From: Spirochaetaceae bacterium
GTDB taxonomy: Bacteria > Spirochaetota > Spirochaetia > DSM-2461
DNA: 64,000 nt
NCBI GenBank assembly: GCA_965224705.1
Contig: OZ245056.1
Span: 128,001 to 192,000, forward strand
Direction: 5' to 3'
Under the pieces are notes generated by a model. That model searched no databases and was not told the origin of the DNA. It worked only from the letters and a program-made list of their open reading frames with translations. A program made the translations under genes and the position numbers. Of this stretch, positions 53,854-63,038 are shown in pieces. The first letter of the stretch is position 1. Each line of letters opens with the position of its first letter.

Positions 53854-54933
53854 CTAAAACCGATACCCGAAACCCAGGTTGAAAACGATGTCCGGTCCCT
53901 CCCAGGTTATGGGATCCTCCTCGACATAGAATTGCCACTCGAATCGACCATGCCGTCCCTTAATCCCAACTTTGAGATCGGTCTGGATCAGGGAGAATTG
54001 ATGGACGACACCATAAGGTTCATGTAGATATTTGTCTGGACTGTATATAGCCGATGTCTGTAAATTCATCTGGAGAACCAGAGATATTCCACGGCTGACA
54101 CGAAACTCAATTGCCGGTATGAACTGAACCATAACTTTAGCCATACCATCAAAGGGGAAAATTACACCGGCGTTCCCATAAAAAGCCCATCGCTTCCATG
54201 GTCTCCAGTCGGCAAGAATTTCAAATGCAATATCGGGATTATTCGACCCAAAACCTTTGCTTCTCAAGCCTGTAGGGATTTTAAAGGCTGCCCCCAGGGC
54301 CAGAGCAAAGTTCTGCCGCTGTATCAGCGTCCACACCGATCTAAGATCTGTATCTCCAGATGCGACTGCTGCACCGCTTCCTGCATAATTAAAACCCGCA
54401 ACACTTTCAATATTCCACTGTACCCGGTTCACATCAAAGTATTGCCTTCCAGCATTGGCAACACCCAGAAAAGAATGAAAACCCTCAATAATTGAATCCA
54501 GGAATCCTCCATGGAGGAAATGGAGCCGCCAATCAAGGCTCATCCGGAACCCTGGATCGAATTGCCAGTCCATGCCAATCTCCAGAACAAAACTCTCATA
54601 ATCCAGGGCAGTGAATTCATTCTGCTGCTCAGTTGTAAGCTTATTGCTGCCAAGTTCTTCTAACTTGTCATTATCCAGTGACGAAGTAGCAAAATCATTG
54701 ACGTAGTAAAATGCCGTCCGTATTACTCTGGTTTGATGCGGCAGAGAAGCAGCTCTATCGGCAGGGAAACTGAACCATGGAAGATGCAGCAGGTAAATAT
54801 TGCGGCCTCCCAGGGGGCCAAGAGCTGGCTCATTCCCCGGGGGAACAGCATATGCTCTCAATAGAGTTCCTGAGAGAAGAAGCAGGGAAACTGTGAATAC
54901 TCTGCATATGAATTTATACAAGTGCGGTTCCAT
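53854..54933 (-). CDS. DUF3187-like outer membrane beta-barrel protein
   Basis: Signal peptide, GGFLDSIIEGFHSFLG, KIPTG, C-terminal GYRF. Confidence 0.7.
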   Translation of the reverse strand: MEPHLYKFICRVFTVSLLLLSGTLLRAYAVPPGNEPALGPLGGRNIYLLHLPWFSFPADRAASLPHQTRVIRTAFYYVNDFATSSLDNDKLEELGSNKLTTEQQNEFTALDYESFVLEIGMDWQFDPGFRMSLDWRLHFLHGGFLDSIIEGFHSFLGVANAGRQYFDVNRVQWNIESVAGFNYAGSGAAVASGDTDLRSVWTLIQRQNFALALGAAFKIPTGLRSKGFGSNNPDIAFEILADWRPWKRWAFYGNAGVIFPFDGMAKVMVQFIPAIEFRVSRGISLVLQMNLQTSAIYSPDKYLHEPYGVVHQFSLIQTDLKVGIKGRHGRFEWQFYVEEDPITWEGPDIVFNLGFGYRF

Positions 54934-54956
54934 TACTCATAGCAAGGCAGCATCCA

Positions 54957-56105
54957 TTAACCAGGCACTTTCGCCATTTTAAGACCGATACGGATCATCC
55001 GTGATGCTCGTTCAGCAGCATCCACCAGGCATTCCTGAGAGCGGGAAATTGCATCTTCAAGCAGCATCGGCCTGTCCAATGTACACATGATTGAATCAAT
55101 ACCATAGGAATAAACAGTTGAAGCTCCCTTCGCAATACCACCAACAATGGCAAGAACCGGCAAACCAATTCGTTGAGTTCGTGCAGCAATTCCAACAGGG
55201 ACCTTCCCTCGAATAGATTGACCATCAATTCTGCCCTCACCTGTAATCACAAGACTGGCATCGCTGATCAGCGAATCAAAATCGACAAGATCCAATACGG
55301 TATCAATACCACTCTTGAGTTCAGCGTCACAAAACGCCATCAGTCCAAATCCCAGACCTCCTGCAGCTCCCGCACCATGAAGATTTCTCATGTTCCTGCC
55401 CTTCCACTTCTCGGTCACATCAGCCAATACTGTCAGTGAGGCATCAAGTTCGTTCATCATCCAGGGACTGGCACCTTTCTGGGGGCCGTAAACTCTTGAT
55501 GCACCCTGCTCCCCCAGAAGCGGATTATCCACATCGCAGGCGACATGGAAGGCCGCTGTTTTCAATAGAGGATGCACCCGGGCATCATCAATTCTCTTGA
55601 GTTTTAAAAGAGCCCCTCCCCCTCGCTGCAGTTCATTTTCATCCGCATCAAGAAAACGATAACCCATAGCCTGGGCCATTCCAACGCCCCCATCATTGGT
55701 TGCACTGCCTCCTATTCCAATTGTGATGTCAGAATAACCGGCCTCAAGTGCGGCAACGATCAATTGACCCGTTCCATAACTGCTGGTTAGCATTGGATTC
55801 TTTTTGTTCTCTGCAAGTAAAGGCAGTCCACTGGCTGCTGCCATCTCCAGAATGGCTTTGGATCCAACAACACCGTAAGAAGCCTGAATGGATGCTCCAA
55901 CAGGATCATCCACAGAAACATTGCGCAATTCACCATCAAGACCTTCAATAAGGGCATCAACAGTTCCCTCCCCCCCATCGGCGACAGGTATTTTCAGGAA
56001 CCGGGCATCGGGAAATACCCTGGACATACCCTGCTCAATCAGGGATGCCACCTGCATACTTGTATTGCTCCCCTTGTATGAATCTGATGCAATGACGATT
56101 TTCAT
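54957..56105 (-). CDS. glxK: glycerate kinase
   Basis: ASDSYKGS, ADGGEGT, GGSATNDGG, YGPQKGA, TGEGRID. Confidence 0.93.
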   Translation of the reverse strand: MKIVIASDSYKGSNTSMQVASLIEQGMSRVFPDARFLKIPVADGGEGTVDALIEGLDGELRNVSVDDPVGASIQASYGVVGSKAILEMAAASGLPLLAENKKNPMLTSSYGTGQLIVAALEAGYSDITIGIGGSATNDGGVGMAQAMGYRFLDADENELQRGGGALLKLKRIDDARVHPLLKTAAFHVACDVDNPLLGEQGASRVYGPQKGASPWMMNELDASLTVLADVTEKWKGRNMRNLHGAGAAGGLGFGLMAFCDAELKSGIDTVLDLVDFDSLISDASLVITGEGRIDGQSIRGKVPVGIAARTQRIGLPVLAIVGGIAKGASTVYSYGIDSIMCTLDRPMLLEDAISRSQECLVDAAERASRMIRIGLKMAKVPG

Positions 56106-56196
56106 TATCAGTTAACCTCGGATGAATTTGATCCTGATATTCTATATTCAACAGTCCTGTCTGGCAATGGAGCCGGGGCAGTACGAAGTATCCGTC

Positions 56197-57126
56197 TCAT
56201 ATGGACCAGTCCCCTCCTCCATCACCATATCGATTCTTGACACGATAATCCGAAGTCTTATTGTAGATTACTGAATATGGGGGAACCGATTCTGTAATCC
56301 ACACATTCCCCCCGATAACAGATCCCCTGCCAATGATGGTGCGGCCTCCCAGAATGGTGGCACCGGCATATATGGTTACCTCATCTTCAATCGTGGGATG
56401 CCGTTTTTTGTCCGCATGTTCTTTGGCAACACTCAATGCCCCAATGGTAACTCCCTGGTACAGTTTGACATTTTGGCCAATAATCGATGTTTCACCAATA
56501 ACAACGCCGGTAGCATGGTCAATAAAAAACCGATCTCCAATAACTGCTCCAGGGTGTATATCAATGCCTGTTTTACCATGGATGTATTCACTCATCATCC
56601 GGGGAATGAGGGGAATTTTTCTGAGGTACAGTTCATGGGCTATACGATGACTGGCAACAGCTTCCAATCCAGGATAGGAAAGAATGATTTCATCCCGGCT
56701 CCATGCGGCCGGGTCTCCCTTGTAAGCAGCTTCAACATCTTCCATGGCACGCTCCCGGAGATTTGGAATCAGGCACAGCAAATCCAGAGCAATGGTTTCA
56801 GACCTTGAAATACAGTCACCGCTTCCTGTTTCCTCTCCCTTGATTCGGGCTGAATATTCCAGACTTCGTGAGATTTCAAGAGTAAGAGCCCGGGCCAACT
56901 GCTGAGTTCTTGCTCCAATTGTATAAACTATGAGATTGTCCTCAAGCTGCTCTTCTACCTGAAAGCCCGGGAATATAAGGGATTCAAAGGTCTCAAGAAT
57001 AGCAATAACTCCCCGCCGTGAAGGAAGATTCTCTCCTCCCATGTGATTAATGCCACCAATATCATCGTAGGATTTGATTATAGTTCTATTTATCTCGGCA
57101 ATGCGTGATTCTCGGCTCATCTTCAT
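56197..57126 (-). CDS. cysE: serine O-acetyltransferase
   Basis: GDPAA, SYPG, TGIDIHPGA, IDHATG, KRHPTI hexapeptide repeats. Confidence 0.9.
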   Translation of the reverse strand: MKMSRESRIAEINRTIIKSYDDIGGINHMGGENLPSRRGVIAILETFESLIFPGFQVEEQLEDNLIVYTIGARTQQLARALTLEISRSLEYSARIKGEETGSGDCISRSETIALDLLCLIPNLRERAMEDVEAAYKGDPAAWSRDEIILSYPGLEAVASHRIAHELYLRKIPLIPRMMSEYIHGKTGIDIHPGAVIGDRFFIDHATGVVIGETSIIGQNVKLYQGVTIGALSVAKEHADKKRHPTIEDEVTIYAGATILGGRTIIGRGSVIGGNVWITESVPPYSVIYNKTSDYRVKNRYGDGGGDWSI

Positions 57127-57182
57127 AGCGATCAACTTACTCAGGCATTCCCCTTCGAGTCAATCCCGTATATCCTGACAGC

Positions 57183-57749
57183 ATGAACGATTCCAGACTG
57201 GCATGGAAATGCCTCAAACGGGAACTCATCCATGATCTCCGCATTTTCAAATTGAACAGGGCTCATTGTCTGTCGCCATCCGGGGATACTGTTCCCTTTA
57301 TTCAGATTGATGCTTCTGACTGGGTCACCATAATACCGGAATTACCGGTAGAAGATGATACTCAGGAATTTCTGGTTGTACGACAGTACCGCCATGGCAA
57401 TGAACGGACATGTATGGAGTTTCCAGCAGGAACACTGGATCCCGGGGAAAAACCCCTGGAAGCTGCGGCCAGAGAACTGCTGGAAGAAACAGGTTACAAA
57501 GCATCAGAGCTTGTGAAGATTGGTGCCGTCAGCCCAAATCCGGCTTTCATGAGCAATAAAACGCATACCTTCCTTGCCCGTAAACTGGAGAAGATTCTTG
57601 ATCAGAATTTAGACCCTCATGAATACCTGGATGTTCACAAAGCGACATTTTCTCAGATTCAGAAATCCATGGGAAATAATGAGTACAACAGTGCAATAAC
57701 TGTCCAGGCGTGGTATATGTATCTGAAACATACAGGGAGATTGCAATGA
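57183..57749 (+). CDS. NUDIX hydrolase (ADP-ribose pyrophosphatase-like)
   Basis: QYR, EFPAG, AAARELLEETG Nudix box. Confidence 0.9.
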   Translation: MNDSRLAWKCLKRELIHDLRIFKLNRAHCLSPSGDTVPFIQIDASDWVTIIPELPVEDDTQEFLVVRQYRHGNERTCMEFPAGTLDPGEKPLEAAARELLEETGYKASELVKIGAVSPNPAFMSNKTHTFLARKLEKILDQNLDPHEYLDVHKATFSQIQKSMGNNEYNSAITVQAWYMYLKHTGRLQ

Positions 57750-58717
57750 AAGCTGTTGTTGTAGAAAAATACGGCGGACCGGAAGTCCTGACGGTCAGGG
57801 AAGTGAATAAGCCAAAACCCAAAACTGGTCAGGTTCTAATCAAATTCCATGCCGCTGGAATTAATCCTGTGGATACATACCTCCGATCTGGAACCCAGGG
57901 GTATTCTCCAAAACTGCCATGGACTCCTGGACTCGATGGTGCCGGTATCATAGAAGCCGTTGGAGACGGAGTAAAGGGCATGGAAGCAGGCACTCCTGTG
58001 TATACGGCCGGATCATTGACGGGAACCTATGCTGAATATGGCCTGTGTTCTCCAGGACAGGTCTTTCTTTTGCCGGGTAATCTGAACTGGCAGGAAGGAG
58101 CTTCCCTGGGTGTTCCATACTTCACGGCAGCAAGAGCCCTCTTCACCAGGGGAAATATCGCTCATGGGAAGTCAGTTCTGGTGCATGGAGCATCGGGTGG
58201 AGTGGGATCGGCGGCATTACAATTAGCCGCTGAATATAACCTGACGTTGATGGGAACTGCCGGTTCTGAAACTGGCCGCCAGCTGGTTGAATCTCTGGGA
58301 GCAGCATGTTTTGATCATCGGGATAAGGATTACATTGCCAGTATCAGAAAACACTGTGGCGGGGGAGTCGATCTTATTATTGAGATGCTTGCTGACAAAA
58401 ATCTCGATAATGACCTTGATTTGCTTGCCGCTGATGGGCTGGTGATTGTAGTAGGAAGTCGTGGCCGTATCGAAATTGCTCCCCGCAAGTTAATGAATGC
58501 TGAATCATCAATTACAGCCATGACGGTGCGCAATTCCACCCCTGAAGAGAGATTGTATTATTCAAGTTTTATTTCCAGGGGTGCTGAGACAGGCAGGATA
58601 AAGCCGCCCATCAACAAAGTTTTTTCACTGGAAACAGCAGCAGAGGCCCACATTCAGATTATGAAAGGCCCTCATGCTGGAAACCTTGTTATCGATCTCA
58701 TGAATTCGAATACATGA
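57746..58717 (+). CDS. qor: NADPH:quinone oxidoreductase (zeta-crystallin family)
   Basis: GGPEVL, GINPVD, PGLDGAG, HGASGGVG. Start moved to ATG 57746. Confidence 0.88.
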   Translation: MKAVVVEKYGGPEVLTVREVNKPKPKTGQVLIKFHAAGINPVDTYLRSGTQGYSPKLPWTPGLDGAGIIEAVGDGVKGMEAGTPVYTAGSLTGTYAEYGLCSPGQVFLLPGNLNWQEGASLGVPYFTAARALFTRGNIAHGKSVLVHGASGGVGSAALQLAAEYNLTLMGTAGSETGRQLVESLGAACFDHRDKDYIASIRKHCGGGVDLIIEMLADKNLDNDLDLLAADGLVIVVGSRGRIEIAPRKLMNAESSITAMTVRNSTPEERLYYSSFISRGAETGRIKPPINKVFSLETAAEAHIQIMKGPHAGNLVIDLMNSNT

Positions 58718-58794
58718 CAGAGCGATTCTTCATCAATACAGGGCGGCCTGTCTGCGGGAGCATTTTGACAACACCGTAACAGCAGGAAATCCAG

Positions 58795-59253
58795 TCAGGA
58801 GCCAGGTGTTTTGTTCTCAGCAAGAAGACGGCTCAGTGCCTGTGAAAACCGCCGGACATCCTTATTGCTGTAAGCAGACTTCTGTTCTGAAACCATACCG
58901 CCCTCTTTCATGGCACGCATGATAATGGCGTCTTCTATTCGTTTTGCCAGCGTCTCTTCATTCCATACCCTGCCCCTGTCATTCATAACTCGGACACCTC
59001 TGACTGTTAACTGTTTTGCCAGAATCAGATCCCGGGTAAGAACCAGATCCTGCGGCTGGCTGTTGTTCTCTATGAAGGTATCCGTTCTACCTGAACCGTG
59101 ATCAACAATCGTAAAATGGAACCAATCTCCTGTCAGTCCGCGAAGATAACGGTCTGCAACGATCTCCACTGAAATCCCCGCCTGTCCGGCTGATTTCAAA
59201 GCAGCCGTTAATGCCCGTGAAGAAATGTTGTCGCCATCGATCCAGATCTTCAT
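58795..59253 (-). CDS. YaiI/YqxD (DUF188) family protein
   Basis: MKIWIDGD, DLVLTRDLILA. Confidence 0.82.
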   Translation of the reverse strand: MKIWIDGDNISSRALTAALKSAGQAGISVEIVADRYLRGLTGDWFHFTIVDHGSGRTDTFIENNSQPQDLVLTRDLILAKQLTVRGVRVMNDRGRVWNEETLAKRIEDAIIMRAMKEGGMVSEQKSAYSNKDVRRFSQALSRLLAENKTPGS

Positions 59254-59256
59254 GTT

Positions 59257-60462
59257 TCACCGGCCAGATTTCGCCAGCACCACTTCTCCCGGTCCGGATA
59301 TCCTTATATCTGAGGCACTGAATGGAACAAAGGCACTTTTCCCGGCAGATAAACTCAGGGTATCTTTTTCATCTTTCAGAGAGACATTGCCCCTGAGGCA
59401 GAGAACGATCAGCGGCCCTTCACCTCCAGGTATTCTCAGCTCAGAGTCATTTCCCCCTCCCGGGCGGCCAATGCCAAGAGAGAATTCCTTTGCTTCCGTT
59501 GGGAAGAACTCAACTGAGTTCTCAGTTTTATCAGCAGGAATTTCCAGAATGGCCGGTTCTATTGGTTGGAAGTCCAATACCTGTAAAAGCTCATTGACAT
59601 CGATATTTTTCGGAGTCAGTCCCCCCCGAAGGACATTGTCTGAGCTGGCCATCAGTTCGACACCAAAACCATTGAGATAGGCATGGAGTACTCTGGCAGG
59701 CTGATACAGTGCCTGCCCTGGTTCAATCTGTACAGTATTGAGGAAGAGTGGTGCCAGAATTCCTGCATCCATGGGAAATTGCCGGGAAAGCTGAAGCAGC
59801 CATTTGCACTGGATCTCATCCCATCCGGAGGAATGGGAATTCCGAGCAGATTCAAGCGCCTTTTCAAGCAGGGACCCTCGCTGTATTTCGGACAGAGTCA
59901 ATAATTCGTATGTGAAATCCTTCAATCCCTTTTCACCGTGTTTCTTCAAGCAGTCAAGATTCTCAAGCTCTCCCAATGAGTGAAAGTTTTCAAATATTTC
60001 ATTTGGTGAACGGAAGCCTATCATAGCTGTAAAAGGTGTGAGGGCCATAATGATTTCGGGTTTATGGTTCTTATCTTTGTATTGTCGGAGAGGAGAATCC
60101 AGTGGTATACCAAGATCATTTTCCCTGGCAAACCCTTCCTCAGCTTTTTTCCTGTCAGGATGAGCTTGAATTGAGAGAGATTTTCCTGCTGCCAGCAGCT
60201 TCAGCAGGTATGGGAGTTTTCCATACATCTGTGAGGTTTCATGACCAAGCACGGAAATTGGATTATTATTGAGCCATTCGTCCAAACCTATCCATTGCCC
60301 ATCAATGTCAATCAGCGAAGGTGCTGATGGATGGGCTCCCATCCATACTTCAGCCGCAGGCTTGCCTTCAGGCCATGTGATACCGAGCATTTCAGGGATA
60401 TGACGGTGATGTCCCCAGGCATAATCCCGGATCTGGTTTTTCATTGAATAAAATGATTTCAT
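59257..60462 (-). CDS. manA: mannose-6-phosphate isomerase, class I
   Basis: YAWG, AEVWMGAHP, LSIQAHP, NHKPE, HAYL, SDNVLRGGLTPK. Confidence 0.95.
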   Translation of the reverse strand: MKSFYSMKNQIRDYAWGHHRHIPEMLGITWPEGKPAAEVWMGAHPSAPSLIDIDGQWIGLDEWLNNNPISVLGHETSQMYGKLPYLLKLLAAGKSLSIQAHPDRKKAEEGFARENDLGIPLDSPLRQYKDKNHKPEIIMALTPFTAMIGFRSPNEIFENFHSLGELENLDCLKKHGEKGLKDFTYELLTLSEIQRGSLLEKALESARNSHSSGWDEIQCKWLLQLSRQFPMDAGILAPLFLNTVQIEPGQALYQPARVLHAYLNGFGVELMASSDNVLRGGLTPKNIDVNELLQVLDFQPIEPAILEIPADKTENSVEFFPTEAKEFSLGIGRPGGGNDSELRIPGGEGPLIVLCLRGNVSLKDEKDTLSLSAGKSAFVPFSASDIRISGPGEVVLAKSGR

Positions 60463-60652
60463 GAAATCTGTATTCCATTTTCTATAAAGATTGGAATGAG
60501 TTTAGCACTCGTCCAGTATTCAGCAAAGAGCTGGAATCTTCAGTTGCAGTCCATTTCACTATGTTTTTCACGTAATCTGTACTTAAGACTCCATAAAATC
60601 CGGGATACTCCGTCACATTGCTCTGAATCTGTTGAGGAAGGACAAGTGACCA

Positions 60653-60940
60653 GGAGTCTGTCGGACTTTAAGGCTTCGAGGCTATTTTTGATGATTTTTT
60701 CCTGATGCAAGGCGACAAAAACGGAGCATAGCTGGGCTACGTGAGTATTTTGGCAACGCAGCAGCAGGGGATGCGAGTCTATGGACTCGCATCCTGAGAG
60801 AGTGCCGAGTGATAGCGAGGAAAAGCCGCCACGGATGGCGGCGAAAACGAACGAAGGCGGCTCTCCAGAAGCAAGCAGGAGGCTTGCTTCTGGAGAGAAG
60901 GGCAAAAATCGAGCCGTGAGGCGTAAGTCCGACAGACTCC
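60653..60940. mobile_element. hairpin-rich MITE, copy 2 (complete, 288 bp)
   Basis: Perfect 16-bp TIRs GGAGTCTGTCGGACTT / AAGTCCGACAGACTCC. Three internal stem-loops. Second copy at 28059-28354. Confidence 0.88.
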
Positions 60941-61164
60941 AAGGACCGGCATCGCCGACAGGCGTAAAAAAGCTGGATGATTGTGACAACTTACTTGACA
61001 CTAAGCGAGATGCGCTGCCCATACGCCCGTATGACTGGACTGCCCAACACATAATCAGTATCCTATGTTTCAGATTTGATATCGATATGGTTGCTCTGTG
61101 ATTATGGTTGCTTTGTTTTTAAACTGTAGCCTGTCATTGCGAATTCTATTTCCACAACTGGAGT

Positions 61165-62397
61165 ATGGAAAGATTGGTTAGAATTGGAAATATGAATGAA
61201 GAAATTCGCAAAGCATGTAATTTGCTGTCCCGGGAGTACAATCTATCAAAATTGGGAAAAGCATTCGAATCGATTGGCAGTATTCTGGAAGAAAAACCAG
61301 ATTATAAAGTATTTCACAAATTCATACGAAGAATAAACATATCGAACAGGGATCTTCAACAGTTTTCAGCATCAAGTGTTGAGGCTGTCAGACGTGTTGC
61401 ACGAATACTTCTCTTTTTCAATTCACAGGGACAGGATTCGATTCTGCAGCATGGCTTGCGTGATCCAGCAGCTGTTATCCGCTCTGATTTCATTCGCCTG
61501 AGTGAAGAAGGAACTGACCGATCCAGATTATACAACCAGCTTGTCAAGCTGATCCGGGAAGATCCGGATGCAAGAGTGAGAAAGGCCGCCGGAGAAAGAT
61601 TATCGACAACCTTTGCCGATCTGTATTCTGTAGACTACCAGGGTTTACCAGAATTATCCCGAATGCTCATGCTGGATGCCCTTGATGGGATATCCAGAAG
61701 TGATGAAGAACTGGCCATTAAACTTCTGTTTTCAAATGATCGTGAATCATCCTTCCGTGCGGCCCGCTGTCTATGTAAATGGAATTCACTTGAGCGTCTT
61801 TTCGATGACGGCAATCAGGAAGCAATCAGGATATTGGAATTCTGTGCGGAATCAGGTGTTGTTGAATATCTTGAGACAATGCCTGTCAAACCCGCAAGGA
61901 AAAACCTTGCACTACATCTTGCCCGAAAGGCCAACCGGGAAGATATCATAAGGCGTATAACCGGAAACGATGCTTCCAGGCATGCAGTTGAGAACTCTCA
62001 AGTGATTGATATCCCCGGAACTGAAAAGCTCTTCTGGAAAATATACAATCAATCCTCGGAAGAAAAGGCTGTGTCAATAAAAAAACTGCATTTCAACAGC
62101 AAACTCTTCCAGACATCAATTGAAGCGGCATTCCCTCCACCAGACTATGATATCAGTTCCACTTTACTTTTTGAACTTGCAAAACATGGGAAGTGGATAA
62201 ACTGGACATCACGCTGTGCAGACGCACTGCTGTCTCTGGATCCGGACATCCGCATGTCAGCGGCATCCGCTCTGGCTGTGATAAATCCTGAAAATGCATC
62301 ATTATCCCTTCCGCCACTCCTCCATGACCCGGTTGGCCGAGTCAGAGAAACGGCACGAAAACTCCTGTCTGATCCAACTCTCTCGGACAGGCATTGA
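61165..62397 (+). CDS. HEAT repeat domain protein
   Basis: DPDARVRKAA, DPDIRMSAASAL, LLHDPVGRVRETA. Confidence 0.7.
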   Translation: MERLVRIGNMNEEIRKACNLLSREYNLSKLGKAFESIGSILEEKPDYKVFHKFIRRINISNRDLQQFSASSVEAVRRVARILLFFNSQGQDSILQHGLRDPAAVIRSDFIRLSEEGTDRSRLYNQLVKLIREDPDARVRKAAGERLSTTFADLYSVDYQGLPELSRMLMLDALDGISRSDEELAIKLLFSNDRESSFRAARCLCKWNSLERLFDDGNQEAIRILEFCAESGVVEYLETMPVKPARKNLALHLARKANREDIIRRITGNDASRHAVENSQVIDIPGTEKLFWKIYNQSSEEKAVSIKKLHFNSKLFQTSIEAAFPPPDYDISSTLLFELAKHGKWINWTSRCADALLSLDPDIRMSAASALAVINPENASLSLPPLLHDPVGRVRETARKLLSDPTLSDRH

Positions 62398-62438
62398 CCG
62401 CTGTCGGTGCAGGTCGGATTCTTTTCCTGCCGCTCCCC

Positions 62439-62466
62439 TTGACAAATGAGTACGATGAGTTAAATT
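62439..62466 (+). promoter_or_regulatory. putative sigma70 promoter
   Basis: TTGACA, 16 nt spacer, TAAATT, upstream of the thiamine-binding gene. Confidence 0.5.
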
Positions 62467-62636
62467 GAAACCCTGTAGACAGGAGATTGACCGTATTGTG
62501 GACAGCATCAGGGCAGGATGGGCAACTCCGTTAATGAAGCCGAAACCCTGCAATGACCGCCTCTGGATACAGCATTCATTCAGGACGGCCCATGCTGCCC
62601 CTGTATCCCGATCTGTCATGCCAATGGAGGAATGCC

Positions 62637-62960
62637 ATGAAAGTCATTATTGACCTGTGTCTCGTACCAATCGGTGCAGGTGTTTCAGTATCACGGTACA
62701 TTGCCGCCTGCCACCGCGTTTTCGATGAAGCTGGTTTGGAAACCCGCCTGCATGCCTATGGAACCAACATTGAGGGTGAATGGGATGATGTGTTCGCAGC
62801 GGTCAAACGCTGCCATGAGATTGTCCACGGGATGGGGGCACCTCGTATTACCGCCACCATCAAGCTGGGTACCCGAACAGACCGGGAACAGTCCATGGAC
62901 GACAAGGTGATCAGTGTCGAATCCAAAATCAGCCAGGAAGATGGAACTGGTCATTCCTGA
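62637..62960 (+). CDS. MTH1187/YkoF family thiamine-binding protein
   Basis: DLCLVPIG, SVSRYIA, HAYGTNIEGEWD, GAPRI, GTRTDR. GGAGG RBS before ATG 62637. Confidence 0.88.
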   Translation: MKVIIDLCLVPIGAGVSVSRYIAACHRVFDEAGLETRLHAYGTNIEGEWDDVFAAVKRCHEIVHGMGAPRITATIKLGTRTDREQSMDDKVISVESKISQEDGTGHS

Positions 62961-63038
62961 ACCACTGCAATACCCGGTACGATTCTACACCAGGACTGTT
63001 ATGCAATCTCTTCTTTGAGAATTGATTCTGATCCCGTA

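Noticed and set aside
62470..62636. TPP, fluoride or SAM-I riboswitch call
   Set aside because: The core consensus motifs are missing or only fragmentary.
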